A stretch of DNA of 64,000 nt from a virus. The stretch lies in IMG/VR virus record IMGVR_UViG_3300008110_000009. One strand, given 5' to 3'. The notes under the pieces are model-generated. The model was not told where the DNA came from, ran no database searches, and saw nothing but the letters and a program-made list of their open reading frames with translations. Below are positions 9,329-17,948 of this stretch, piece after piece. The stretch's first letter is position 1. Each line of letters starts with the position of its first letter. The position numbers and the translations under genes are program-made.

Positions 9329-9351
9329 AAAATATAATATTAAATTAGTTT

Positions 9352-9912
9352 TTAATTACCAATTAAACATGTTCCATTAGTTGTACAAGGTGTTCCGTCA
9401 TTTGACCATAACCACTCTGTTGTAATTTCTACACCACCTTGAACCCAAACAGGTGTACTATAAGCTCCACTAAATGAAACACATAAACCAGCTGTGATTG
9501 TACTATTACCGTTATCCATTGATTCAATGTTACTTAATAAAACTGTTTGGACGGTACCGTCATAATCTCTATATCTTACATATAAATCACCTGGTGGTGG
9601 ATTAGTTGTACTGTATGTTACAGTCCAACATTCTGCTGTTACACTTGATGTAGTTGTCGGCGTTGGTGTTGGTTGGGATGGGAAAGCTTCCCATTGCTGG
9701 GTATTTGTACAAATTCCGGTACTTGCGATTGTACCACCAGTTGTGAGATCACTAATACCAGTAATTGTATGTCCGGTTAATAATTGTTCCTTTGTTACCC
9801 CTGTTGCTAATTCTGTGGTAACATTACCGCTGGTTGTTCCTGAAATATTAAAAGGCCCAGCAACATATGTTGCGCCAGAATATTGATTTTGTAATGTGAA
9901 TGTAACTATCAT
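9352..9912 (-). CDS. Minimal appendage protein: N-terminal domain, PT linker, Cys-rich C-terminal domain
   Basis: 186 aa; both terminal domains resemble the termini of the 1659-aa neighbour. Confidence 0.7.
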   Translation of the reverse strand: MIVTFTLQNQYSGATYVAGPFNISGTTSGNVTTELATGVTKEQLLTGHTITGISDLTTGGTIASTGICTNTQQWEAFPSQPTPTPTTTSSVTAECWTVTYSTTNPPPGDLYVRYRDYDGTVQTVLLSNIESMDNGNSTITAGLCVSFSGAYSTPVWVQGGVEITTEWLWSNDGTPCTTNGTCLIGN

Positions 9913-9965
9913 TGTTTTTTCTTTTTGTATAAATATTTGTTTATTTGAAATTGTTTATAATTTTT

Positions 9966-12900
9966 TTATACGCTACCTATTAGACATACACCATCAGATT
10001 CACAAATTCCACCTTGGGTCCAACTATCAAAACAAGTAACTTCAACACCACCTTGTACACAAACTGGTGTAGAATATGATGATCCAGGTTTAACACAAAT
10101 ACCTACAGTATATGTACCATTACCATTATCCATGGTCGCTAAATTCTGAATTAATACTGTTTGTACCGTATCTGTAACGTCTCTATATCTTACATATAAA
10201 TCATTTGGTATTGTTACGTAAGTCATTGTATAACAATATCCTGGAGCATCCCCATCAGTTAAAACTGTTAAACCACTTGTTGTTATACAACCATTTGTAT
10301 CAGTAACTTCAAGACAATATCCACCAGATGTTAAACCTGTTATTGATCTTGTTGGGTTACTAGACGCAACACTATAATATTCTGCCACTATATCTCCACC
10401 GCAAGTTGTATATGGTGAGCTAGTGTCCTTATATAATCTATATGTCTTAGGCCACACACCACCACTAGAACTAATATCAAGGCTTCCAGCTGATGGGGAA
10501 TAAAATCCAGGATTAACTGCATTATTAATTGTTGCATATTGTTGTGATGGTTCTGATATGTATACACCATATGTCGCCTCACACTGATTATAGTCTTTAA
10601 GGTACACCGTATAACTTCCAGAAGTTAAATTATTAAATGTTGCTGTTGGAACACCATTAACCAAATTGAATAAGTAATAGTCTGAGAAATCACCAGTCAA
10701 TGAAACTGTTAATTGTCCACTATTACCACTAGTTGGGTTTGTTATTGTTATTGAACCATTAGAACCACCGTAACAAGATATATTAGAATGCGTTATTGTT
10801 GCGCTTGGTGCCGCCTTACTTAAATTAGTGTTTTGATTAGACGATTCACATCCGTTTCCGTCTTTAACTCTAACAGTATATGTTGCTGAGTATAAGCCAG
10901 TAAAGCTATTACTTGATTGCCATGTTGATCCTCCATTAATAGAATATTGATATGAGCCAGCACCACCACTTGCAATTACTGTTATTGAACCATTTGTACT
11001 ATCATAACAAGTTGGATATACCACATTTGTATAGAATGATACTGCACTTGGAACCGTAATTGAAGTTGTGTATGTTTGAACACAATTTGAACCGTCCTTA
11101 ACATAAATAGTATATGAACCATCACCCAAACTAGCGTACGCCTGTGGTAAATTTCCATATGTGCCACCAGCGTTTAATTTAGATTGATAAGTACCACCGT
11201 TACCACCTGTTCCAGAATTAACTGAAATACTACCTGTTCCTCCAACACAAGTTGGATTAAAAATTGATATTGTTGCGTTTGGTGCAGATTTAGATAAAGT
11301 TTGTGTTGTTGCAGCAACACAATTATTAGCGTCTTTAGCATATAATACATATGTTCCAGTACCTAAACTACTAAATGTTGCACTTGCCTGATAGTTTGTA
11401 CCATCTTTTGAATATGTTTTTGTTCCAGTACCACCAGACGCGGATAATGTTATAGAACCATCAGCACCATCCCAACACGTTGGATTTGTTGCTGAATTAA
11501 CACTTACTGTTAATGCAGATGGCTCAGTAATTACATAGGTATATGATGCTTTACAATTTGTTGCATCTTTTATATATAACGTATAGTTTCCTGGTGATAA
11601 ATCACTGAAAATCTTTTGTACTGTGTAGTAAGTAATATCATTAAGAGATACTGTATATGGTCCATTATTACCACCACTTGCGCCAACAACATTTAATGAG
11701 CCGGTACCGCCATTACAATAAGCATTTGTTTGATTTACAACTGGTGTTGGAGCGGATTTTGTTACACTTACAGTCGCACTAGAAGATTGACATCCATTAC
11801 CATCTTTTGATTTAACGGTATAAACACCAGAACTTAAATTGGTAAACACACCACTACTTTGCCACGTTGACCCATTATCTTTAGAATATTCATAACCGCC
11901 TCCAGATCCGCCTGAAGCACTTAGTGTGAACCCTGCATTAGTGCTATTCCAACAAGTTGGATATTGTAATCCAGATGAACTAACAGTAACTTGAGTTGGT
12001 TGTGTTATTGTTACAGCATATGTATTTTCACAACCAGCGCTATCTTTTACATAAATAGTATATGAACCAGCCGATAAAGAAGAATAGGTTCTAGAGGTAG
12101 TTAATACTTGATAAGTTCCGCCCGAATTTAATTTTGTTGAGTATGGACCACCTTGGCCTCCTGATAAATCAGAAACAACTATTGATCCATCGCTACCGCC
12201 ATTACATGTTACATTTGTTTGTGATACTGTTGCGGTTACTTGTGTTCTATCTAAACCTATTGTGTTTGTTCTTACACAACCGGCACTATCTTTTACATAA
12301 ATTGTATATGTCCCATTACCTAAATTGCTGAAGGTTGTACCGGTTTGATATGTGGAACCATCTTTAGAATAGGTATATCCAGAGCCTGTACCTCCAGAAG
12401 CTGATGTTACGGTAATCGAACCATCTGTACTTCCTATACAAGTTGGATTTGTTCTAGATAATGTTGAACTAACTATAGTTGGCTCAGTCACTGTTACTAC
12501 ACTACTATTACCAACTTCACCATATGAATCTTTAGCATATAAAATATATGAACCAGCGGTTAACCCACTGAAAACATTTGACGCTTGATAATTTGTACCA
12601 TCTTTTGAATATGTATAACTTGCAGTACCTCCAGTAACCCCAGAAACAGTAATAACACCGTTTGAGCCACCATTACATGTTACATTAGTTGTGGTTGATA
12701 CACCAACCGTTAAAGTTACGTTAGTAATTGAAATTACAATCGATTTATCATATGTTAATCCTCCAGCATCTGTTGCTCTAACTCTAATTGTATAACTTGA
12801 TTGTGTTTCAAAATCAAATACCGCGGCACTTCTTAATGTTGTTCCTGAAATTGAAAAACTTGAATTTCCTGGATATGATGATGTGTCAACTAAGGCATAG

Positions 12901-14945
12901 GTAAAGGTGTCGCCAGCATCTGGATCAGATGAACTAAATGTCCCTATTGTTGTACCAGTTGGTACATTTTCTGAAATTGAAACTGAACTTAGAGAAATAT
13001 TTGTTGGTGCTTCGTTAACATTGGTTACTGAGATTGCAAATACTTGATCAAATGTTAAACCACCGGCATCTGTTGATCTAATCTTTATTGAATATGAAGA
13101 TTTTGTTTCTAAATCAAATATTGCCGCAGATTTTAAAGATGCTCCAGTAATAGTAAAACTAGAGTTATCTGGATAATTTGCTAAATCAACTAAAGTGTAT
13201 GTAAATGTGTCACCAGCATCTGGATCTGTTGTTGATAGTGTTCCAATTGTTGTACCGGTTGCAGAATTTTCTGCTATTGTATTTGATGATAATGAAATAG
13301 CTGTTGGTGTTTCATTAGCATTTGTTATCGATATTGTTAATGTTTTATCAAATGTTAATCCACCTGAATCGGTTGATCGGACTCTTATTGTATAAGAACT
13401 TTTTGTTTCAAAATTAAATACTGCTGCAGATTTTAGTGTTATACCACTAATACTAAAACTAGAGTTATCTGGATAATTTGCTAAATCAACTAAACTGTAT
13501 GTAAATGTACCGCCGTCTGGGTCAGTTGTTGAAAATGTTCCAATGGTTGTTCCTGTTGCCACATTTTCCTCAATTGATAATGAACTTAAACCAATATTTG
13601 TTGGTGCTTCATTAACATTACTAACATAGATATATAATGTACCATCATAAGTTAACCCACCTTGATCTGTTACTCTAATTTTAATTAAATATTCATTTTT
13701 TACCTCATAATTAAAGACAGCAGCTGATCTGAGTGTTGATCCACTTATGATAAAGCTGTTGTTGTCAGGATAAGTTATAGTATCTCTAAGTGCATAAGTA
13801 AATGTATTTCCAGAATCATTGTCTAATCCACTTAAAATACCAACAGTTGTTCCTGTTGCTGAATTTTCTGGGATAGTATCATTAGAAATACTAAAACCAT
13901 ATGGTGCTTCATTAACATTTGTTACATAAGCTGTTAACACACCTTCAAATGTTAAAGAATTAGAATCTGTTGCTCGAACTTTAATTGGATATGAATTTTG
14001 GATTTCATAATCAAAAATTTCAGCAGACTTTAAAACCCCTCCACTAGTTAATGTGAATTTATTATTATTTGGATAAGATAATGAATCTATAAATTCGTAT
14101 GTAAATGTATCACCACTATCAGGATCAAGCGCTGTTATTGTACCAACAGTTGTTCCTGTGGGTGAATTTTCCGGAATACTTCCGTTTAAATTTAAACCAT
14201 ATGGCGCTTCATTAATATTTGTTACATTAATTGTAAACGCTTTATCATAAAATAATCCACCGGCATCGGTTGATTTTATGATTATACTGTATGATGATTT
14301 ATTCTCGTAATCAAAAATTGCGGATGTTCTTAAATCAGAACCATCTATGTTAAAAGATGCCGCATCCCCAGTTGATTGTATGGAATAAGTATGTGTGTCG
14401 CCTAAATCAACATCATTAGTACTTAAAGTTCCAACAATTGTGTTTATTGGGCTGTTTTCATTTACTGTATTATTGCTTAAATTAATATCTACTGGTGCAG
14501 AATTTGTTGGGGTCGGGGTTGATGTAGATGTTGGCGTTGGTGTCGCTATAACCGCAATAGTGTCTATTAAAAATTCACAATTAGGGGTATAGGTTGATGT
14601 TGGTGTAAGAGTAATAGTTGGAGTGTTGGTTGGTGTTTCGGTTGGTGTTGCTGTAAGTGTTGGTGTTGAAGTTGGTGTGGCAGTTGGTGTTGGTGTTGGT
14701 AAAATTAAATCGTCACCAATTAAACAATATGGATCTGTGTTATATAAGATTATTTTATATGCATTATCAGGTACAGAAACTAACACACCGTTTATATCTG
14801 TTAAATCTGAATATGTTATTCCTGTTGCGGGTAATGACGTTGAAACCACCGTAGCAATATTCAACGGATCAACAACATCATAATAAATGTTGTATGGCCC
14901 TGGTGCCGTTCCTGAAGATATTGTTACTGTGAATTGTTTTGCCAT
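9966..14945 (-). CDS. Large adhesin-like protein: 6 cadherin-like repeats plus ~10 SprB-like repeats
   Basis: NEAP...ENS.TGT.IG.L...D.D.GD..TY...FDYE..SSY.I...STD.GGL cadherin signature x6; TC.G..DGSI.V..SGG....Y.YS.DG..YQ....F..L..G.Y.IYVKD..GC SprB-type signature x~10. Confidence 0.85.
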   Translation of the reverse strand: MAKQFTVTISSGTAPGPYNIYYDVVDPLNIATVVSTSLPATGITYSDLTDINGVLVSVPDNAYKIILYNTDPYCLIGDDLILPTPTPTATPTSTPTLTATPTETPTNTPTITLTPTSTYTPNCEFLIDTIAVIATPTPTSTSTPTPTNSAPVDINLSNNTVNENSPINTIVGTLSTNDVDLGDTHTYSIQSTGDAASFNIDGSDLRTSAIFDYENKSSYSIIIKSTDAGGLFYDKAFTINVTNINEAPYGLNLNGSIPENSPTGTTVGTITALDPDSGDTFTYEFIDSLSYPNNNKFTLTSGGVLKSAEIFDYEIQNSYPIKVRATDSNSLTFEGVLTAYVTNVNEAPYGFSISNDTIPENSATGTTVGILSGLDNDSGNTFTYALRDTITYPDNNSFIISGSTLRSAAVFNYEVKNEYLIKIRVTDQGGLTYDGTLYIYVSNVNEAPTNIGLSSLSIEENVATGTTIGTFSTTDPDGGTFTYSLVDLANYPDNSSFSISGITLKSAAVFNFETKSSYTIRVRSTDSGGLTFDKTLTISITNANETPTAISLSSNTIAENSATGTTIGTLSTTDPDAGDTFTYTLVDLANYPDNSSFTITGASLKSAAIFDLETKSSYSIKIRSTDAGGLTFDQVFAISVTNVNEAPTNISLSSVSISENVPTGTTIGTFSSSDPDAGDTFTYALVDTSSYPGNSSFSISGTTLRSAAVFDFETQSSYTIRVRATDAGGLTYDKSIVISITNVTLTVGVSTTTNVTCNGGSNGVITVSGVTGGTASYTYSKDGTNYQASNVFSGLTAGSYILYAKDSYGEVGNSSVVTVTEPTIVSSTLSRTNPTCIGSTDGSITVTSASGGTGSGYTYSKDGSTYQTGTTFSNLGNGTYTIYVKDSAGCVRTNTIGLDRTQVTATVSQTNVTCNGGSDGSIVVSDLSGGQGGPYSTKLNSGGTYQVLTTSRTYSSLSAGSYTIYVKDSAGCENTYAVTITQPTQVTVSSSGLQYPTCWNSTNAGFTLSASGGSGGGYEYSKDNGSTWQSSGVFTNLSSGVYTVKSKDGNGCQSSSATVSVTKSAPTPVVNQTNAYCNGGTGSLNVVGASGGNNGPYTVSLNDITYYTVQKIFSDLSPGNYTLYIKDATNCKASYTYVITEPSALTVSVNSATNPTCWDGADGSITLSASGGTGTKTYSKDGTNYQASATFSSLGTGTYVLYAKDANNCVAATTQTLSKSAPNATISIFNPTCVGGTGSISVNSGTGGNGGTYQSKLNAGGTYGNLPQAYASLGDGSYTIYVKDGSNCVQTYTTSITVPSAVSFYTNVVYPTCYDSTNGSITVIASGGAGSYQYSINGGSTWQSSNSFTGLYSATYTVRVKDGNGCESSNQNTNLSKAAPSATITHSNISCYGGSNGSITITNPTSGNSGQLTVSLTGDFSDYYLFNLVNGVPTATFNNLTSGSYTVYLKDYNQCEATYGVYISEPSQQYATINNAVNPGFYSPSAGSLDISSSGGVWPKTYRLYKDTSSPYTTCGGDIVAEYYSVASSNPTRSITGLTSGGYCLEVTDTNGCITTSGLTVLTDGDAPGYCYTMTYVTIPNDLYVRYRDVTDTVQTVLIQNLATMDNGNGTYTVGICVKPGSSYSTPVCVQGGVEVTCFDSWTQGGICESDGVCLIGSV

Positions 14946-14964
14946 TATTTTATATAATTATTCA

Positions 14965-17331
14965 TTAACTTTGATTACACGGGTTTAAATTATATCCCAA
15001 TGTGTTTAGTGCTGTTATTATTTGATCCGCATAATATTGAGCGGTTGAACCCGCTGTGACATTTGAAATGTAGGTTATTTCACTCTTATCAGATAGACCG
15101 TTTGTTCCTGAGTATGCACCGGTTCCATCTTTAACCGCCACCAAGAATTGTCTAAATCCATCATATGAATTTGGACCCGTATTAACTCTAAACACAATAC
15201 CTCTATAATAACTGCTATTAGGAACATTGTCAAGCGTTGATCTTAAGCCGCTTATATCAGTATCATACGTTCCTGTTCTGACACTGGTATTAAATGAGCT
15301 ACCATCAGCAGCGTATGGAGAAGATTCGTCTTGGAATACTAAGTTTATAACTTTGGTTATACCAGCTGTTGTTCCTGTTGTGTTCAATACGTACATTGTT
15401 CTTTCAGTACCACCAGATTTACTTGAGAAGTTGCTTACCGTTACGTTTTGATCATATGTGTTATAATCATTATTGTAGAATTGAACGAGACAATCTCTTA
15501 AAATAGTATCTCTCATACTTTGTAATGGTGATAGTGTTGAGTTCATTGAGCCGCTATCGTCAAACCAAATATTAATTTCAGTGTTTTCATCAACAACTAA
15601 TGGGGTACCTAATGCAGCCTCAAACACACAATCAGGTGTGTATGTTGATGTTGGTGTTGCGGTTGGTGTTTCAGTTACAGTTGGTGTTGGTGTTTCAGTT
15701 GATGTAGATGTTGGTGTCTCAGTCAACGTTGGTGTTGGTGTCGATGTAGGTGTGGGTGTAGTAATTAAAGCCACTGTGTCAATTACAAACTCACAATTTG
15801 GTGTATAAGTAATTGTAGGTGTTTCTGTTACTGTAGGTGTTTCAGTAGATGTTACGGTTGGTGTTACTGTTGGTGTTGATGTTGGGGTAGGCGTACTAAT
15901 TACTGCCACTGTATCAATTATAAATTCACAGTTTGGTGTATATGTTTCAGTTGGTGTAATTGTAATTGTTGGGGTATCTGTTGCTGTTGGTGTCTCAGTT
16001 GCTGTTGGGGTTGGGGTTACTGTTGGTGTTGCAGTTGATGTTGGTGTTGGGGTATATATTGTACCACAATCTACGTACTCAATCTTTTTACATACAGGAT
16101 TTTCTGGATCAGTGGTGTCTAAAGTATAACCAGCTGGACAGCTATAGTTTGTGCAGAATCCCTCACCCGCCAAAGGTCCACCAGGTAAGTAATCACCTGT
16201 TGAGAACATTATATTTAATTCACTTGCATTGGTTACCCCAGTCAATGTTGCTAGTGTATCGTCATATACCTCAGCAGCAAACGATCCCACACTACTTCTA
16301 TTCCAGTTTTCAATTTCAACAATATTTGGACCTGCTTCTAGTGTTACTGGATATATGTGGTAGAATCTAAAATTATCTACTGGTGAGTTATCTGCTTGAT
16401 TTATTAATGTTACAGAATTTATTTTAACTGTAATATCATTATCACCAGCCACGCCGATATAATATGTTTTTGTTGTAGTTAAATTGAATGTTGCACAGAA
16501 ACTAACGTAATCAGGATAATTTGGATTTGGCCATGTCGTGTTACCATCAACCCAAACGTTAATTTGATTCATTCTACCAGCCCAGAATGATTCGTTAGGT
16601 GTTGTATCTGGGCTACCATATGCCGTTGTATAACCAGAATATGCTAAGTTACCACTTATCGAATTTCCAACAGTATTGTAGTCATTTTCATTGTATATCT
16701 TAACACCATACATTCCGTATGCTGAGTTACTACCACCATCACCAACTAACAAGTTTTCAATTGATGTTGGGGTTGATGTTAATACTCTATAACATGCACC
16801 CCCATCATTTGTGGCTGTAAATCCTTCAGGACAATCACATGTTGGTGTTATAGTAGGTGTTTCGGTTACTGTTGAAGTAGAGGTAGGTGTTGGTGTTGCA
16901 ACAATAGCATCAATATTAATAATAAACTCACAACTATCTGATGATGTTGTTGTTGGTGTTTCAGTAGATGTTACAGTTGGCGTTAAAGTTGGTGTTGGTG
17001 TTGCTATAACCGCGTTGATATCTATTACAAACTCGCAACTATCCGATGATGTTGTTGTTGGTGTTTCAGTTGGTGTAATTGTTATCGTCGGGGTTGAGGT
17101 TGGTGTTGGGGTTACTCCTGGAACTATTTCTAGGTTACAGACAAACCCTTCAAGTTCATTTTTAAAATTAAAATCGTATGTACCGTAGTAATAATCTGAG
17201 GTCCAAAAATAAGGTATAAGTACGTTGGTTCCGATGGTAACAGCTGTTCCTCCGCTATATGGATGAAAAACAACATCAGCATAATAACCGTTGTATAAAC
17301 CAGATGCACTATATAATCTTATTGTTGCCAT
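14965..17331 (-). CDS. Modular appendage/scaffold protein: PT linkers with Cys peptides, PA14-like domain, C-terminal vWA-like domain
   Basis: YYIGVAGDNDITVKIN...LEAGPNIVEI (PA14-like); IWFDDSGSM (MIDAS DxSxS) and LVFQDE. Confidence 0.65.
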   Translation of the reverse strand: MATIRLYSASGLYNGYYADVVFHPYSGGTAVTIGTNVLIPYFWTSDYYYGTYDFNFKNELEGFVCNLEIVPGVTPTPTSTPTITITPTETPTTTSSDSCEFVIDINAVIATPTPTLTPTVTSTETPTTTSSDSCEFIINIDAIVATPTPTSTSTVTETPTITPTCDCPEGFTATNDGGACYRVLTSTPTSIENLLVGDGGSNSAYGMYGVKIYNENDYNTVGNSISGNLAYSGYTTAYGSPDTTPNESFWAGRMNQINVWVDGNTTWPNPNYPDYVSFCATFNLTTTKTYYIGVAGDNDITVKINSVTLINQADNSPVDNFRFYHIYPVTLEAGPNIVEIENWNRSSVGSFAAEVYDDTLATLTGVTNASELNIMFSTGDYLPGGPLAGEGFCTNYSCPAGYTLDTTDPENPVCKKIEYVDCGTIYTPTPTSTATPTVTPTPTATETPTATDTPTITITPTETYTPNCEFIIDTVAVISTPTPTSTPTVTPTVTSTETPTVTETPTITYTPNCEFVIDTVALITTPTPTSTPTPTLTETPTSTSTETPTPTVTETPTATPTSTYTPDCVFEAALGTPLVVDENTEINIWFDDSGSMNSTLSPLQSMRDTILRDCLVQFYNNDYNTYDQNVTVSNFSSKSGGTERTMYVLNTTGTTAGITKVINLVFQDESSPYAADGSSFNTSVRTGTYDTDISGLRSTLDNVPNSSYYRGIVFRVNTGPNSYDGFRQFLVAVKDGTGAYSGTNGLSDKSEITYISNVTAGSTAQYYADQIITALNTLGYNLNPCNQS

Positions 17332-17334
17332 TTA

Positions 17335-17925
17335 TTATATTTGAGTTAATGTTGCTATTACTGATGGCACTGACGGACCAATAGTTGGGGTCAGTGATGT
17401 TATTTGTATATTACTATCTGTTGTTGCCCAAGCAATTTCAACATAATCACCGCTATTTAAGTTGGGGTATATTATGTTCCAAGCAGCAACAACATATTCA
17501 CCGTTATTGGCGAAAGTTATTACTGTATTAGAGCTTGTAATAGATGTACCATTTTTCTTAAACCATATATAGAAATTTTCCGTTGTTCCACCTTGTACTC
17601 TATATAATTGAGCAGAGAATTGTAAATTATACGATCCTGGGTTACTAACAATCATTTGTGATCCATTAGCCCATGTACACCCATTTGTTGCATCAAGACT
17701 ATTAAATGTCATTAAATGCTCAGTATTTGTAGTTCCTGTTTGAATCACGGAACTACTATATGAACCAAAAAATCTTGTTGTGCCACTTGTTATAACACCA
17801 GAAAATAAATCTTCATGTGTTATAGCAGCAGAATCATATGGACCATTTCCTTGAGCCATATAAAATAACGATCCGCTTGTTGGGGTTGTTAATCGTTGTA
17901 ATTCTGAAATTCTAGTTATACTCAT
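17335..17925 (-). CDS. Fibre-tip-like protein with C1q/TNF-like C-terminal domain
   Basis: N-terminal RISELQ module; GSYNLQFSAQLY...IWFKKNG...LNSGDYVEI resembles the C1q/BclA-CTD jelly roll. Confidence 0.65.
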   Translation of the reverse strand: MSITRISELQRLTTPTSGSLFYMAQGNGPYDSAAITHEDLFSGVITSGTTRFFGSYSSSVIQTGTTNTEHLMTFNSLDATNGCTWANGSQMIVSNPGSYNLQFSAQLYRVQGGTTENFYIWFKKNGTSITSSNTVITFANNGEYVVAAWNIIYPNLNSGDYVEIAWATTDSNIQITSLTPTIGPSVPSVIATLTQI

Positions 17926-17948
17926 TTTATTTAAATATTTTTTTTTAT

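Noticed and set aside
9352-10235. Duplicated C-terminal domains as a DGR template/variable repeat pair
   Set aside because: Differences involve all four bases plus indels, both copies are coding, and there is no reverse transcriptase in the window.
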